In this document: one piece after another, positions 32,485 through 43,067 of the stretch
Layout: the number at the start of each line of letters is the position of its first letter
How positions within the stretch are numbered: the stretch's first letter is position 1
Assembly: GCA_963776345.1 (NCBI GenBank)
Contig: CAVZMH010000016.1
Span: 32,001 to 96,000, forward strand
Source of the DNA: an uncultured delta proteobacterium
Lineage (GTDB): Bacteria > Myxococcota > Myxococcia > Myxococcales > Myxococcaceae
Direction: 5' to 3'
DNA: 64,000 nucleotides
Program-made: the position numbers and the translations under genes
The notes under the pieces: generated by a model
What the model was told of the DNA's origin: nothing
The model's input: only the letters and a program-made list of their open reading frames with translations
Database searches by the model: none

Positions 32485-34286
32485 TCAGAAGATCCCACCT
32501 TCGCGATACTGCCCCCAGACCTTCCGAAAGACATCGGAGATCTCACCCAGAGTCGCGTAGGCCTTCACCGCCTCGAGCACCGGGGGCATGAGGTTGTCCG
32601 TCCCACGGGCCGCGGCCTCCACTTTGGCCAGAGCCACCTTCACCGCGGCAGAGTCGCGCTCAGCCTTGACCTGGCGGATCCGGGCGATCTGCTCCTCGGC
32701 CACCCGCTCGTCGATCTTCAGGATCTGAACGGGCGCGTCGCCCTCGTTTTGGAAGGCATTGACCCCCACGATGAGGCGTTCGCCCTGCTCCACCTCGCGC
32801 TGGTACCGGTAAGCGCTCTCGCCGATCTCCTTCTGGGGGTACGCCTCCTCCACCGCCCGGATGATCCCGCCCATCTCGTCGATGCGCCGGAGGTACTCGA
32901 GTGCGCGCTTCTCCATCTCGTCGGTGAGGTACTCGACGTAGTAGCTGCCGCCGAGCGGGTCGACCACGCGGTCCACGCCCGACTCGTGGGCGATCAGCTG
33001 CTGGGTCCGGAGCGCGAGTGTCACGGACTCCTCGGTGGGGAGCGCGTAGGTCTCGTCCAGCGAGTTGGTGTGCAGCGACTGGGTCCCGCCCAGCACCGCG
33101 GCCAGCGCCTGGAGGGCGGTGCGGACCACGTTGTTGTACGGCTGCTGGGCGGTGAGGCTCACCCCGGCGGTCTGGGCGTGGGTGCGGAGCTGCCAGCTCC
33201 GCGGGTCGCGGGCGCCGAAACGGTCGCGCATCACCCGGGCCCAGATGCGGCGGGCGGCGCGGAACTTGGCGATCTCCTCGAAGAAGTCGTTGTGGACGTC
33301 CCAGAAGAACGACAGGCGCGCGGCGAAGTCGTCCACCGCCATGCCCCGCTTGACGCACTCCTCGACGTAGCCGATGCCGTCGGCGAGGGTGAAGGCCAGC
33401 TCCTGGACCGCCGTCGCCCCTGCCTCGCGGATGTGGTACCCGCTGATCGACACCGGGTGCCAGCGCGGCATGTGCCGGCTGCAGAAGTCGATCATGTCGA
33501 CGACGATGCGCACCGCGGGACGGGGTGGAACGATCCACTCCTTCTGGGCGATGTACTCCTTCAGCATGTCGTTCTGGATGGTGCCCCCGAGCTTCTCCAT
33601 GGGGACGCCCTGCTTCTCGGCCACCGCGATGTACATGCACAGCGCCACGATGGCCGAGGCGTTGATGGTCATCGAGGTGGTGACCTGATCGAGCGGGATG
33701 CCGTCGAAGAGGATCTCGAGGTCGCGGAGGGTGGAGATGGCCACGCCCTCCTTGCCGACCTCCCCCGGCTCATCGGGTGGTCGGCGTCGTAGCCCATGAG
33801 GGCCGGCATGTCGAAGGCGGTGGAGAGCCCCGTCGTGCCGTGCGCCATGAGGTACTTGAAGCGCTGGTTGGTGTCGTCCGGCGAGCCAAAGCCGGCGAAC
33901 ATCCGCATCGTCCACAGCCGGCTGCGGTACATCGTCGGCTGGACGCCGCGGGTGTACGGGAACTGTCCGGGGAGCCCGAGGTCGCCGAGGTCCTCGCCGG
34001 CCCGCTCGGCCGGAGTGACCACGGTGGGGACGGGGATGCCCGAGTCGGTCATGAACTCCGTCCGGCGCGACGGCGCGCTGGCGATGCTCCTCGCGACCTC
34101 AGCCCGCTCCCAGGCCCTCTTCGCCGAGGCGAGCTGCCGCACGGTGGCGGCGTCATAGGTCCGGAGCGCGGGGCGGCCCTTCTTGGCCTCGGGGGCGGGC
34201 TTGCGGGCCTTCGCTCGCGTCGGGCGGGCGGTCCGGGGGCTCTTCACGAGGCGCAGCTTCTTCGGGGAACGCCGGACGGGAGGCAT
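32485..34286 (-). CDS. icmA: Acyl-CoA mutase large subunit, isobutyryl-CoA-mutase type; frameshift near 33764
   Basis: [49 protein letters not shown]. The two ORF halves join across a G run. Confidence 0.75.
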
Positions 34287-34480
34287 GGGCACCCCGGCCC
34301 TCTAGCATCGGGATCGGGCCCCTTCAATCACTCGGAGTTCCTCGAAGTTCCCGGAGAAGCGGGGCTTCCCCAGGGAGCCGGAGCAAGCGACGAGACTGAG
34401 CCCCGAGGCCTAGATGCGGGCCGGTTTCTGCTCACTTCGATGAATCTGCGCCAGTTATTGCTCAGTCCATTGAGTTGGTC

Positions 34481-34493
34481 CAAGTGATTGAGT
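34481..34493 (-). promoter_or_regulatory. IHF-like site in the AT-rich divergent promoter region
   Basis: ACTCAATCACTTG, one mismatch to WATCAANNNNTTR; weaker inverted copy at 34324-34336. Confidence 0.4.
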
Positions 34494-34608
34494 TTCTTAG
34501 GCTTTTGTCCCATCCGGTTTGCTTGACTACACGGGAAGCGGTCCGTACAAGCTTCCCCGCCTCGAGAGGAGGCCTCTTCCAAGGTCCCTCGAAGGAGGGG
34601 ACTCTTCC

Positions 34609-36144
34609 ATGCGCGACGTCTTCGACAAGTGCAGCGCCTTCAAGGACGACAAGATCGCCAAGGCGACCGGCCTGTACCCGTACTTCCGCCCCATCGAGGC
34701 GTCGCACAACAGCACCGAGGTCGACATCGAGGGCCGCCGGGTCATCATGGTCGGCTCCAACAACTACCTCGGGCTCGCCGGTGACCCGCGGGTCAAGGAG
34801 GCGGCGATCGAGGCGATCCGCCGCTTCGGCAGCACCTGCTCCGGGAGCCGGTTGCTGAACGGGACGCTCACCCTGCACGAGGAGCTCGAGGCGCGGCTGG
34901 CCAAGTTCCTCAACCGCGAGGCCGCCCTGGTCTGCTCCACCGGGTTCCAGACCAACGTGGCCACGGTCTCGGCCATCCTCGGCCGGCACGACATCGTCTT
35001 CACCGACCGGCAGAACCACGCCTCGCTGGTGGACGGCGTCCGGCTCGGCTTCGCCGAGGAGAAGCGCTACCGGCACCAGGACATGGGCCACCTCGAGTCG
35101 ATGCTCGAGGCAGCGGACCCCGAGGCCGGGAAGATCATCATCACCGACGGCGTGTTCTCGATGGAGGGGGACCTGTGCAACCTCCCCAAGATCGTCGAGC
35201 TCGCCCAGAAGTTCCGCGCCCGGGTGATGACCGATGACGCCCACGCCATGGGCGTGCTCGGCGCGCACGGCCGCGGCACCGCCGAGTACTTCGGGCTGGA
35301 GGCCCAGACCGACCTGGTCATGGGCACCTTCAGCAAGAGCTTCGCCAGCCTGGGCGGCGTCATCGCCGGCCCCTACGACGTCATCAACTACGTCAAGCAC
35401 CGCGCCCGCCCCGTGGTCTTCAGCGCCTCGATGACCCCGGCGCAGGTCGCCGCCGCGCTCAAGGCCCTGGACATCATCGAGGCCGAGCCCCAGCGCCGCG
35501 CCCGCCTGCTCGACATCGCCGAGAAGATGCACAACGGCTTCCGGGCGATGGGCTTCGACACCGGCGTGTCGGTCACCCCGGTCGTCCCGGTGCTGGTCGG
35601 GGACCAGGTGAAGTGCTTCCGCTTCTGGAAGGCGCTCTTCGAGGCCGGGGTGTTCACCAACCCGGTCATCCCGCCGGCGGTGGAGCCCGGGCACGCCCTG
35701 CTCCGGACCAGCTACATGGCCACCCACACCGACGCGCAGCTCGACCGGGTGCTCGAGGCGTTCGAGAAGATCGGCCGCCGGATGAGCATCATCCCGGAGA
35801 CCCGCCCCACCAGCTATGCCCAGGTGAAGGTCGCCCGTCCGGGCACCTTCGTCACCGCCAACCAGGCCTCCCAGCGCTGGGCCGCGGCCTCCGCCGGCCT
35901 CCTCGCCGACCGTGGCCTGTCGCTCGAGGCCATCTCCAAGCTCTCCGGCCGCGAGATGGCCCGGAAGCTGGCCGATGCCGTCGAGACGCTGACCTGGCGG
36001 GCGGCAAATCTCCAACCCGACGACCTCAAGCGGCTCGGTTCTGCCCCCTTGCGTCTGTGGGGGAAGCGGACCGAGATCCCGGGCCTGATCCTCGAGAAGG
36101 GCGCCAACCTCTTCATGAAGAACGGCAAGCAGCCCGACGCCTGA
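34609..36144 (+). CDS. spt: Serine palmitoyltransferase with C-terminal extension
   Basis: GSNNYLG, GSRLLNGT, NHAS, DDAH, GTFSKSF PLP-Lys motif; adjacent bCerS/CerR-like genes. Confidence 0.85.
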   Translation: MRDVFDKCSAFKDDKIAKATGLYPYFRPIEASHNSTEVDIEGRRVIMVGSNNYLGLAGDPRVKEAAIEAIRRFGSTCSGSRLLNGTLTLHEELEARLAKFLNREAALVCSTGFQTNVATVSAILGRHDIVFTDRQNHASLVDGVRLGFAEEKRYRHQDMGHLESMLEAADPEAGKIIITDGVFSMEGDLCNLPKIVELAQKFRARVMTDDAHAMGVLGAHGRGTAEYFGLEAQTDLVMGTFSKSFASLGGVIAGPYDVINYVKHRARPVVFSASMTPAQVAAALKALDIIEAEPQRRARLLDIAEKMHNGFRAMGFDTGVSVTPVVPVLVGDQVKCFRFWKALFEAGVFTNPVIPPAVEPGHALLRTSYMATHTDAQLDRVLEAFEKIGRRMSIIPETRPTSYAQVKVARPGTFVTANQASQRWAAASAGLLADRGLSLEAISKLSGREMARKLADAVETLTWRAANLQPDDLKRLGSAPLRLWGKRTEIPGLILEKGANLFMKNGKQPDA

Positions 36145-36169
36145 GCGAGCGCCCCGGAGTCACGACCGC

Positions 36170-37351
36170 ATGCCCGCTTCCGTGAAGAAGCTACGAGTGG
36201 TGGAGACCGCTGCGCCCGCGGGGTCGGACGTCACCGTCACCCCGGTGCAGAGTGCCCAGGACCGGGAGGCCTTCATCCGGTTCCCGTACACCCTCTACGC
36301 CGGCGACCCGAACTGGGTGCCGCCGCTGGAGATGGAGCGGAAGGACTTCCTGAACCCGAAGAAGAACCCCTGGTTCGAGTTCGGCAACGCCGAGCTGTTC
36401 CTCGCCCGCAGGGGCGGCCAGGTGGTGGGCCGCATCGCCGCCGTCGACGACCCGCACTGGAACGACTTCTACAAGAGCCGGCTCGGCTTCTTCGGGATGT
36501 TCGAGTCCATCAACGACCCGGCGGTGGCGAAGGGGCTGTTCGACGCCGCGGCGGCCTGGGTGAAGGCGCAGGGCTTCCCCGAGATGATGGGACCCTTCAA
36601 CTTCAGCACCAACTACGAGTGCGCGGTGCTGGTCGAGGGCTTCGAGGCGCCCCCCGCGGTGATGATGACCTACAACCCCCGGTACTACGACGCGCTGTAC
36701 GCCGGGGCAGGCTTCACCAAGGCCAAGGACCTCTGGGCCTACGAGCTCTCCGCCTCCATTCCGCCGCCCGAGCGGGTGGTGCGGGTGGCGGAGAAGATCC
36801 GCCAGCGCGAGGGGCTGGTCGTCCGCTCCATCCGAATGGAGGACTTCCCCGCCGAGGTTCGCCGGGTGAAGGACATCTACAACGCGGCCTGGGAGGACAA
36901 CTGGGGCTTCGTCCCCATGACCGACCGCGAGTTCGACCACATGGCCAAGGAGATGAAGGCCATCCTCCGCCCGGAGCTGGTGCTGATCGCCGAGGTGAAG
37001 GGTGAGCCGGTGGCGTTCTCCATGACCATCCCCGACGCCAACGTCGCCCTGAAGGCCGCCGGCGGTCGCCTCACCCGCTTCGGGCTGCCCATCGGGCTGT
37101 TGAAGCTCCTGCTCGCCGCGCGGCGGATCCGCCGGCTGCGCCTCGTCACCCTCGGCATCAAGGAGGGGTTCCGCAAGCGCGGCATCGACGCGGTGCTCTA
37201 CCTGGACACCCTGAACACCGCGAAGAAGCTCGGCTACACCAGCGGCGAGATCTCCTGGACGCTCGAGGACAACCATCTGGTGAACCGGGCGATCGAGATG
37301 ATGGGCGGCAAGAGGACCAAGACCTACCGGGTGTACCGGCGGGCGGTCTGA
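36170..37351 (+). CDS. bcerS: Bacterial ceramide synthase (double-GNAT)
   Basis: DPNWVPPL, NPWFE, VGRIAA, FFGMFE, YNPRYY, YNAAWEDNWGFVPM, SWTLEDN; directly after spt. Confidence 0.8.
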   Translation: MPASVKKLRVVETAAPAGSDVTVTPVQSAQDREAFIRFPYTLYAGDPNWVPPLEMERKDFLNPKKNPWFEFGNAELFLARRGGQVVGRIAAVDDPHWNDFYKSRLGFFGMFESINDPAVAKGLFDAAAAWVKAQGFPEMMGPFNFSTNYECAVLVEGFEAPPAVMMTYNPRYYDALYAGAGFTKAKDLWAYELSASIPPPERVVRVAEKIRQREGLVVRSIRMEDFPAEVRRVKDIYNAAWEDNWGFVPMTDREFDHMAKEMKAILRPELVLIAEVKGEPVAFSMTIPDANVALKAAGGRLTRFGLPIGLLKLLLAARRIRRLRLVTLGIKEGFRKRGIDAVLYLDTLNTAKKLGYTSGEISWTLEDNHLVNRAIEMMGGKRTKTYRVYRRAV

Positions 37352-37377
37352 GCCCGACCCCGGAGCGACACACGACG

Positions 37378-38379
37378 ATGAAGGTTCTTCTCACCGGTGG
37401 CAGCGGCTTCGTCGGCGGGCAGCTGGCGAAGCTCCTCGTGGCGCGAGGGCACGAGGTCATTGCCCTCGTCCGTCGCTCGTCGAAGGTGGACGGGCTGAAG
37501 GCGCTCGGGGTTCGGGTGACGGTGGCGGATCTGCACACCGGCGACGGGGTGGACGAGGCCGTCCGGGGCGTTGAGGTGGTGCAGCACGTGGCCGGCGTCA
37601 CCAAGGCGCGGAGCGAGGAGGAGTACCTTCGCGGAAACGCCGAGACCACGCGGATGCTGGCCTCGGTGCTGGCACGGCAGAAGCGCCCTCCCCGGTTCGT
37701 CCTCTGCTCGTCGCTCGCCGCCGCCGGACCGGCGCGCATCGGCAAGCCGCGTACCGAGGATGAGCAGCCGGCCCCGGTGTCGATGTACGGGCGAAGCAAG
37801 CTCGCCGCCGAGCAGGCCGCGCGCGAGTTCGCCGACCGGGTGCCCACCGTCATCGTGCGGCCGCCGTTCGTCTACGGCCCCGGGGACCTCACCAACCTTC
37901 CCCCGCTGATCGCCATGGGAAGGACGGGCGTCTATCTGAAGGCGGGCCTCGGCCCGAAGCACTTCAGCTTCGTGCACGTGGACGACCTCAACCAGGCGCT
38001 GATCGCCGCCGCCGAGCGGGGGAAGACGCTCAGCCGCGAGGACCCCACCCAGGGCGTCTACTTCGCCTCCGACCCCAACCCCTACAGCTGGGAGGACTTC
38101 TGCTCGGCGCTGAGCCGGGCGCTGGGCCGGGGCAAACCACGGGTCGTCTCGCTCCCCGAGTTCGTGGGCTGGGCGACCGGCGCTGGCGCCGAGCTCGGCA
38201 GCCGGCTCCTGGGCAAGGTGTCGATCATGAACCGGGACAAGGCGAAGGAGATGGCCCAGGAGGCCTGGACCTGCTCGCCGGCCCGCGCCACCGAGGAGAT
38301 CGGCTTCCGGCCGGACTACCTCCTGGACCCCGGCCTCGAGAACACCGTCGCGTGGTACCGCACCCAGGGACTGGCATGA
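37378..38379 (+). CDS. cerR: Extended SDR, probable ceramide reductase
   Basis: TGGSGFVG, SSLAAAG, YGRSK; lies within the spt operon. Function inferred from context. Confidence 0.65.
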   Translation: MKVLLTGGSGFVGGQLAKLLVARGHEVIALVRRSSKVDGLKALGVRVTVADLHTGDGVDEAVRGVEVVQHVAGVTKARSEEEYLRGNAETTRMLASVLARQKRPPRFVLCSSLAAAGPARIGKPRTEDEQPAPVSMYGRSKLAAEQAAREFADRVPTVIVRPPFVYGPGDLTNLPPLIAMGRTGVYLKAGLGPKHFSFVHVDDLNQALIAAAERGKTLSREDPTQGVYFASDPNPYSWEDFCSALSRALGRGKPRVVSLPEFVGWATGAGAELGSRLLGKVSIMNRDKAKEMAQEAWTCSPARATEEIGFRPDYLLDPGLENTVAWYRTQGLA

Positions 38380-39594
38380 GCTCCACCTCCGTTCGACCCC
38401 TCCGCACACCAGGCCGCTCCAGGGCGGCGAAGTCCACGCCCGCCCCGGCGACCACGAGCTCCGCCCTCCAGGTGACCCCGGTCCGCTCCAGCCAGGAGCT
38501 GGACGAGTTCATCCGCTTCCAGCTCGAGCTGTACCGGGACGACCCGTACTTCGTGCCGCCCATCGTGGCCGAGCGGCGCGACTTCCTGAACCGGAAGAAG
38601 AACCCCTTCTTCACCCACGCCGAGGTGGAGCTGTTCCTCGCCCGGCGCAACGGCAAGGTGGTCGGCCGGATCGCCGCCATCGACGACGCGCTCTGGAACC
38701 AGTTCCACAACAGCGAGACCGGCTTCTTCGGGATGTTCGACGCGCCGAACGATCCCGGAGGTCGCCGGGGCGCTGCTCGACGCGGCAGCGGGGTTCGCCC
38801 GCTCCCGGGGGATGAAGACGCTCACCGGACCGGTGAACCTCTCCACCAACCACGACTGCGGCGTCCTGATCGAGGGCTTCGAGTTCCCGCCGGCGATGAT
38901 GATGCCGTACAACTACCGGTACTACGGCGCGCTGCTCGAGGGCTGGGGTCTGAAGAAGATGCGGGACCTCTACGCCTACGACATCTCGGCGGCGATGACC
39001 CCGCCGGAGAAGATGGTGCGGATCGCCGAGCGGCTGAAGGAATCCGAGCAGGTGCGGGTCCGGCCGCTGAACGTGCACGACCTGCCGGAGGAGATCCGGC
39101 GCCTGAAGAGCATCTACAACGCGATGCTCGACCGGAACTGGCTCTTCCTCCCGATGAACGAGGAGGAGTTCGACTCGATCACCGCCCGGCTCCGGCCGCT
39201 GGTGCGCGTCCGCCCGGAGCTGTGCCTCATCGCCGAGGTGAAGAACGAGCCGGTGGCGTTCTGCATCACCCTCCCCGACTCGAACCTGGCCATCCGCGCC
39301 GCCGGCGGGAAGCTCACCCGGTGGGGCCTTCCGGTGGGCCTGGCCCGGATGGCGTGGGCGGCGCGGCGCATCGAGCGGCTGCGCGTGTTGCTCTTCGGCA
39401 TCAAGCCCGGGTACCGGCGGCGCGGGCTGGACGCGCTCCTGGGCATCGAGACGCTCCGGGCGGCCCGGCGGCTCGGGTACGACGGCGCCGAGCTCGGCTG
39501 GACCACCGAGGACAACGAGCTGATGAACCGGGCCATCGAGTCGATGGGCGCGCGCCGGTACAAGACGTACCGGATCTACGACAAGACCCTGTAG
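38376..39594 (+). CDS. Second bCerS-like double-GNAT protein; frameshift near 38755
   Basis: DPYFVPP, KKNPFF, VGRIAA, FFGMFD, YNYRYY, GWTTEDN; ATGA overlap with the SDR gene. Confidence 0.8.
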
Positions 39595-39897
39595 GTCGGC
39601 CGGGGCCCAGGCATGATCGCGCCGGCCATCCAGACGCGCTCCCCGCCGACCGGGATCGTCGTCTCGAACTCGATCGGCAAGATCCACGACGGGCTGCGCC
39701 CGAGGGCCCGAGCCAGCTCACGAGGTGCGAGCTGCTCCACGATCGAGAACCCTGGGGTGCTGAGCGAAGTCGCCCGACCGGAGCAAGTGACAGGGTTTCC
39801 ACCGACCGGTCCTCGGCATCGTCGCCCTCCCCTGCGAGTCCGCCACCTTGTCACACTCGCCCGCATCGGCGCGTCTTGAGGATAGGCTCCCACGCCC

Positions 39898-40377
39898 ATG
39901 TGGAACCTCGCCCACCTGCACATCGCCATCAACCACATCCCCGTGGTGCTCGTTCCAGCGGCGTTCTTCATCTTCGCGGTCGCCGCTTGGCGGAAGTCGG
40001 TCCCGGTGCTGCGGACCGGCATCGTGATCGCCTGGGTCTCCGGCCTCTTCGCACTCGCCTCGTACTTCACCGGTGACGCCGCCGCGGATCTCGTGATGGC
40101 GGCCGAGAAGGCGCAGCAGAAGACGCTGGACCCCCTCGTCGGCGCGCACGACGACTCGGCTGGATGGGCGCTCGGCGCCTCGCTCCTGCTGGCGGCCGCC
40201 GGGGTGTGGGGCTGGCGCCGTGGCACGCTCGGCCGGGAGGTCACCGTGCCGCTCCTGGTCCTCTCCGCGCTCGGCACGGCCATCGTGCTGCGGACGGCCG
40301 AGCTCGGGGGTCAGATTCGCCACCCCGAGGCGCGGTCCGGCTTCGTCGCCCCCGTCCAGCACGAGCAGGAGAAGTAG
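39898..40377 (+). CDS. Hypothetical membrane protein with conserved-looking His residues
   Basis: AHLHIAINHIP, H before TM3, GGQIRHPE; four hydrophobic segments. Confidence 0.75.
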   Translation: MWNLAHLHIAINHIPVVLVPAAFFIFAVAAWRKSVPVLRTGIVIAWVSGLFALASYFTGDAAADLVMAAEKAQQKTLDPLVGAHDDSAGWALGASLLLAAAGVWGWRRGTLGREVTVPLLVLSALGTAIVLRTAELGGQIRHPEARSGFVAPVQHEQEK

Positions 40378-40520
40378 TCCCGGAGCACGCCGGACCCACC
40401 ACCCGCCCCTGACCGTCGGGCCAGGGCGCCGACGAGCGCAGCGGAGAGATGACAGGCTCCCGCCGGAGCGTGTAACACCGGGCCATCGTTCGCCGTCCCG
40501 AGGGAGCTCCGGAGAACCCC

Positions 40521-41441
40521 ATGCGCCTGACCGATCGCGTGAAGCAGATCCTGTCCTGGTACCCGTCCGACAACCCGGGCACCAAGATGAACCTCGCCCG
40601 GTTGCTCAACACCGGGACGCTCGCCGGGACCGGCAAGCTGGTCATCCTCCCGGTGGACCAGGGCTTCGAGCACGGCCCGGCGCGGTCCTTCGCGCCGAAC
40701 CCGCCCGGCTACGATCCGGACTATCACGTGCAGCTGGCCATCGAGTCGGGCTGCAACGCGTACGCCGCGCCCCTCGGATTCCTGGAGGCGGTGGCGGGCA
40801 ACCACACGATGGAGATTCCCCTCATCCTCAAGCTCAACAACTCGGACTCGCTGAGCAAGCTCGAGCCGGCGTCGGCCATCACCGGCTCGGTGAAGGACGC
40901 GGTGCGGCTCGGCTGCGCCGCGGTGGGCTACACCATCTATCCCGGGAGCGGGCAGCGCAACGTGCTCCTCCAGGAGCTCCGGGAGATCATCGAGGAGGCC
41001 AAGGAGCACGGCCTTCCCACCGTGGTCTGGGCGTACGTCCGTGGCGCGGGTGTCCCGAAGGAGAACGAGACCGCCGTCGACCTCATCGCCTACGCCGCGC
41101 AGGAGGCGGCCCAGATGGGCGCCCACGTGGTGAAGGTGAAGCCGCCCAAGGACGCGGTCGAGCTCGCCGAGGCCAAGAAGGTCTACGAGAAGTACGCCAT
41201 CCCCACCAAGACGCTCGCCGAGCGCGTGCGCCACGTGGTCCAGAGCTGCTTCAACGGCAAGCGGATCATCATCTTCTCGGGCGGCGAGGCCAAGGACACC
41301 CCGGCGGTGCTGGAGGAGATCCGGGGCATCCGTGATGGCGGCGGCTTCGGGTCCATCATGGGCCGCAACGCCTTCCAGCGTCCGAAGGACGAGGCGATCA
41401 AGCTTCTCAAGGACGTGATGGCCATCCACCAGGGCAAGTGA
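40521..41441 (+). CDS. fbaB: Class I fructose-bisphosphate aldolase (DhnA type)
   Basis: ILPVDQGFEHGP, GYTIYPGS, VVKVK, GRNAFQRP. Confidence 0.93.
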   Translation: MRLTDRVKQILSWYPSDNPGTKMNLARLLNTGTLAGTGKLVILPVDQGFEHGPARSFAPNPPGYDPDYHVQLAIESGCNAYAAPLGFLEAVAGNHTMEIPLILKLNNSDSLSKLEPASAITGSVKDAVRLGCAAVGYTIYPGSGQRNVLLQELREIIEEAKEHGLPTVVWAYVRGAGVPKENETAVDLIAYAAQEAAQMGAHVVKVKPPKDAVELAEAKKVYEKYAIPTKTLAERVRHVVQSCFNGKRIIIFSGGEAKDTPAVLEEIRGIRDGGGFGSIMGRNAFQRPKDEAIKLLKDVMAIHQGK

Positions 41442-41481
41442 GCGCGCCCGCGGGCGCGCCCCCATGCCGCTGGACGCGCCC

Positions 41482-42733
41482 TCAGAGCGAGCTCAGGAAG
41501 GCGATCAGCGCCGCCTGCTCGTCCGGCGAGGACCTCGCGAAGCGCTCGCGGGCGCGGCGACCCTGACCATCGTGAGCGAGGATCGCCTCGCTCATCGTCG
41601 TGGCCCGGCCGTCGTGCAGGTAACGGGTGAACGCGGAGATCCCCCAGAGTGGCGCGGTCCGGAACTCGCGGCCCCGCGCATCTCCGGTCTCGATCCCGTC
41701 CCCCAGGCTCCCCATGTCGTGCAGCAGGAAGTCCGAGTACGGGTGGAAGATCACGTGGTCGAGGCTCGCCACCGGCGAGTCCCCGGTCCGGAAGGTGTCC
41801 CAGTGGCAGTGCGTGCAGCCCGCGGCGGAGAAGAGCCGTCTGCCGTTCGCCGTCTGCTGTGTGAAAGGCTTCCTCGGCGGAGGTGCGAGCAGGGTCATGA
41901 AGTCGGTGAAGGCGACGATGCCGGAGCCGTCGTCGTTGAGCGTCGGCATCGGGTTGCAGGCCAGCAGGCTGCAGTCGCCGTTCGGGCAGTTCTCGTCCGG
42001 GAATTCGGAACTGGTGACCCCCATCTCGTTCAGGTACGCGTCGCCAGCGAACTGGTGGAGGGTCGGCACCTGGTTCTTCCAGCCGAAACGCCCCACCGCG
42101 TCCCGGTTCCGGGCGATGTCGTGCACCGTCGCCACCCGGCCGGCCTCGTCGGGCCAGATGGCCTGCTCGAGGCGGGCGACGTAGCCGAAGGTGCTCTCCG
42201 GGACGGCGTCGACCAGCCCCAGCCCGAACAGCGGCGTGGTCCGGCGCAGCGAGACGACGTTGGCCTCCGGAGGCACCGTCTCCCCTGTGAAGTCGCAGCT
42301 CCCGGCCGGTCCGATTCCCCGGACCTGGATGAGCGAGCCTCCGCGCGCGGTCAGGGGGTCGAAGCGACCATCGGCGCCCACCGCGCCGAAGCGAGTCTCC
42401 AGCGTGGCGTTGCTTCCACCCACGCCGGGATCCGAGTGGCACCGGGCGCACGAGGTGTCGTTGAACACCGGCCCGAGGCCCTCCTCGGGAGTCTCGTCGG
42501 TCTCGAACTCGTCCTTCCCCGCGGCGAAGCGCGCGACCTCCGCTCGCCTCAGCCCCGGCAGCGGATCTCCGAACCGTGCCTGCAGCGGCACGTGCAGCCC
42601 GGTCGTCGCCGAGGCGATGTCCTGGTCGGCCTCGGGTTCCGCCGGCAGCGGGCCGACGGTTCCGGTGCCACACCCGGCGCTGCCGAGCAGCAGCGCGAGC
42701 GACACGGTTCTCGACTTTCTGTACGACGTTCAT
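41482..42733 (-). CDS. Di-heme oxidoreductase family lipoprotein; frameshift near 42717
   Basis: CARCH and CTHCH; LFGLGL, GRFGWK, YSDFLLHDMG, YLHDGRA; lipobox SAGC. The ATG with GGAGG is one base out of frame. Confidence 0.85.
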
Positions 42734-43067
42734 GAAGCACCTCCCGGTCAACTCCCCGGCTCGGGCCGGAACCGACCGGCCCATGAGGCGCTCGTTTGAG
42801 CCTCCGTCCTGTGCGGACTCAAGGCTCGCTGTCCGCGCACGGAGCACTGGTGCGCGCCCCTCACTTCGGAGCGAGCGATGCCATCGGCGAAGGTCAGTCT
42901 GGCTTCAGAGAAGTGAGCTCACGGTCCGATCGGTGAGGCCTCGACCCCTCGCTCGATGGTGTGAAGCGAAGATTCGGGCGAGAGGCGTCCTGGCTCGCTC
43001 GTCGCGGGGGAGAGTCCCCCACGCATCCGGGAGACCCGGGACGAGCGCCGGGCCGGGAGCCGACCTG

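Noticed and set aside
34523..34551. TTGACT-N17-TACAAG as the spt promoter
   Set aside because: The -10 lacks the conserved final T; too weak to call.
39595..39897. Possible gene remnant or ncRNA between the second bCerS and the membrane protein
   Set aside because: No recognisable motif, start signal or convincing structure.
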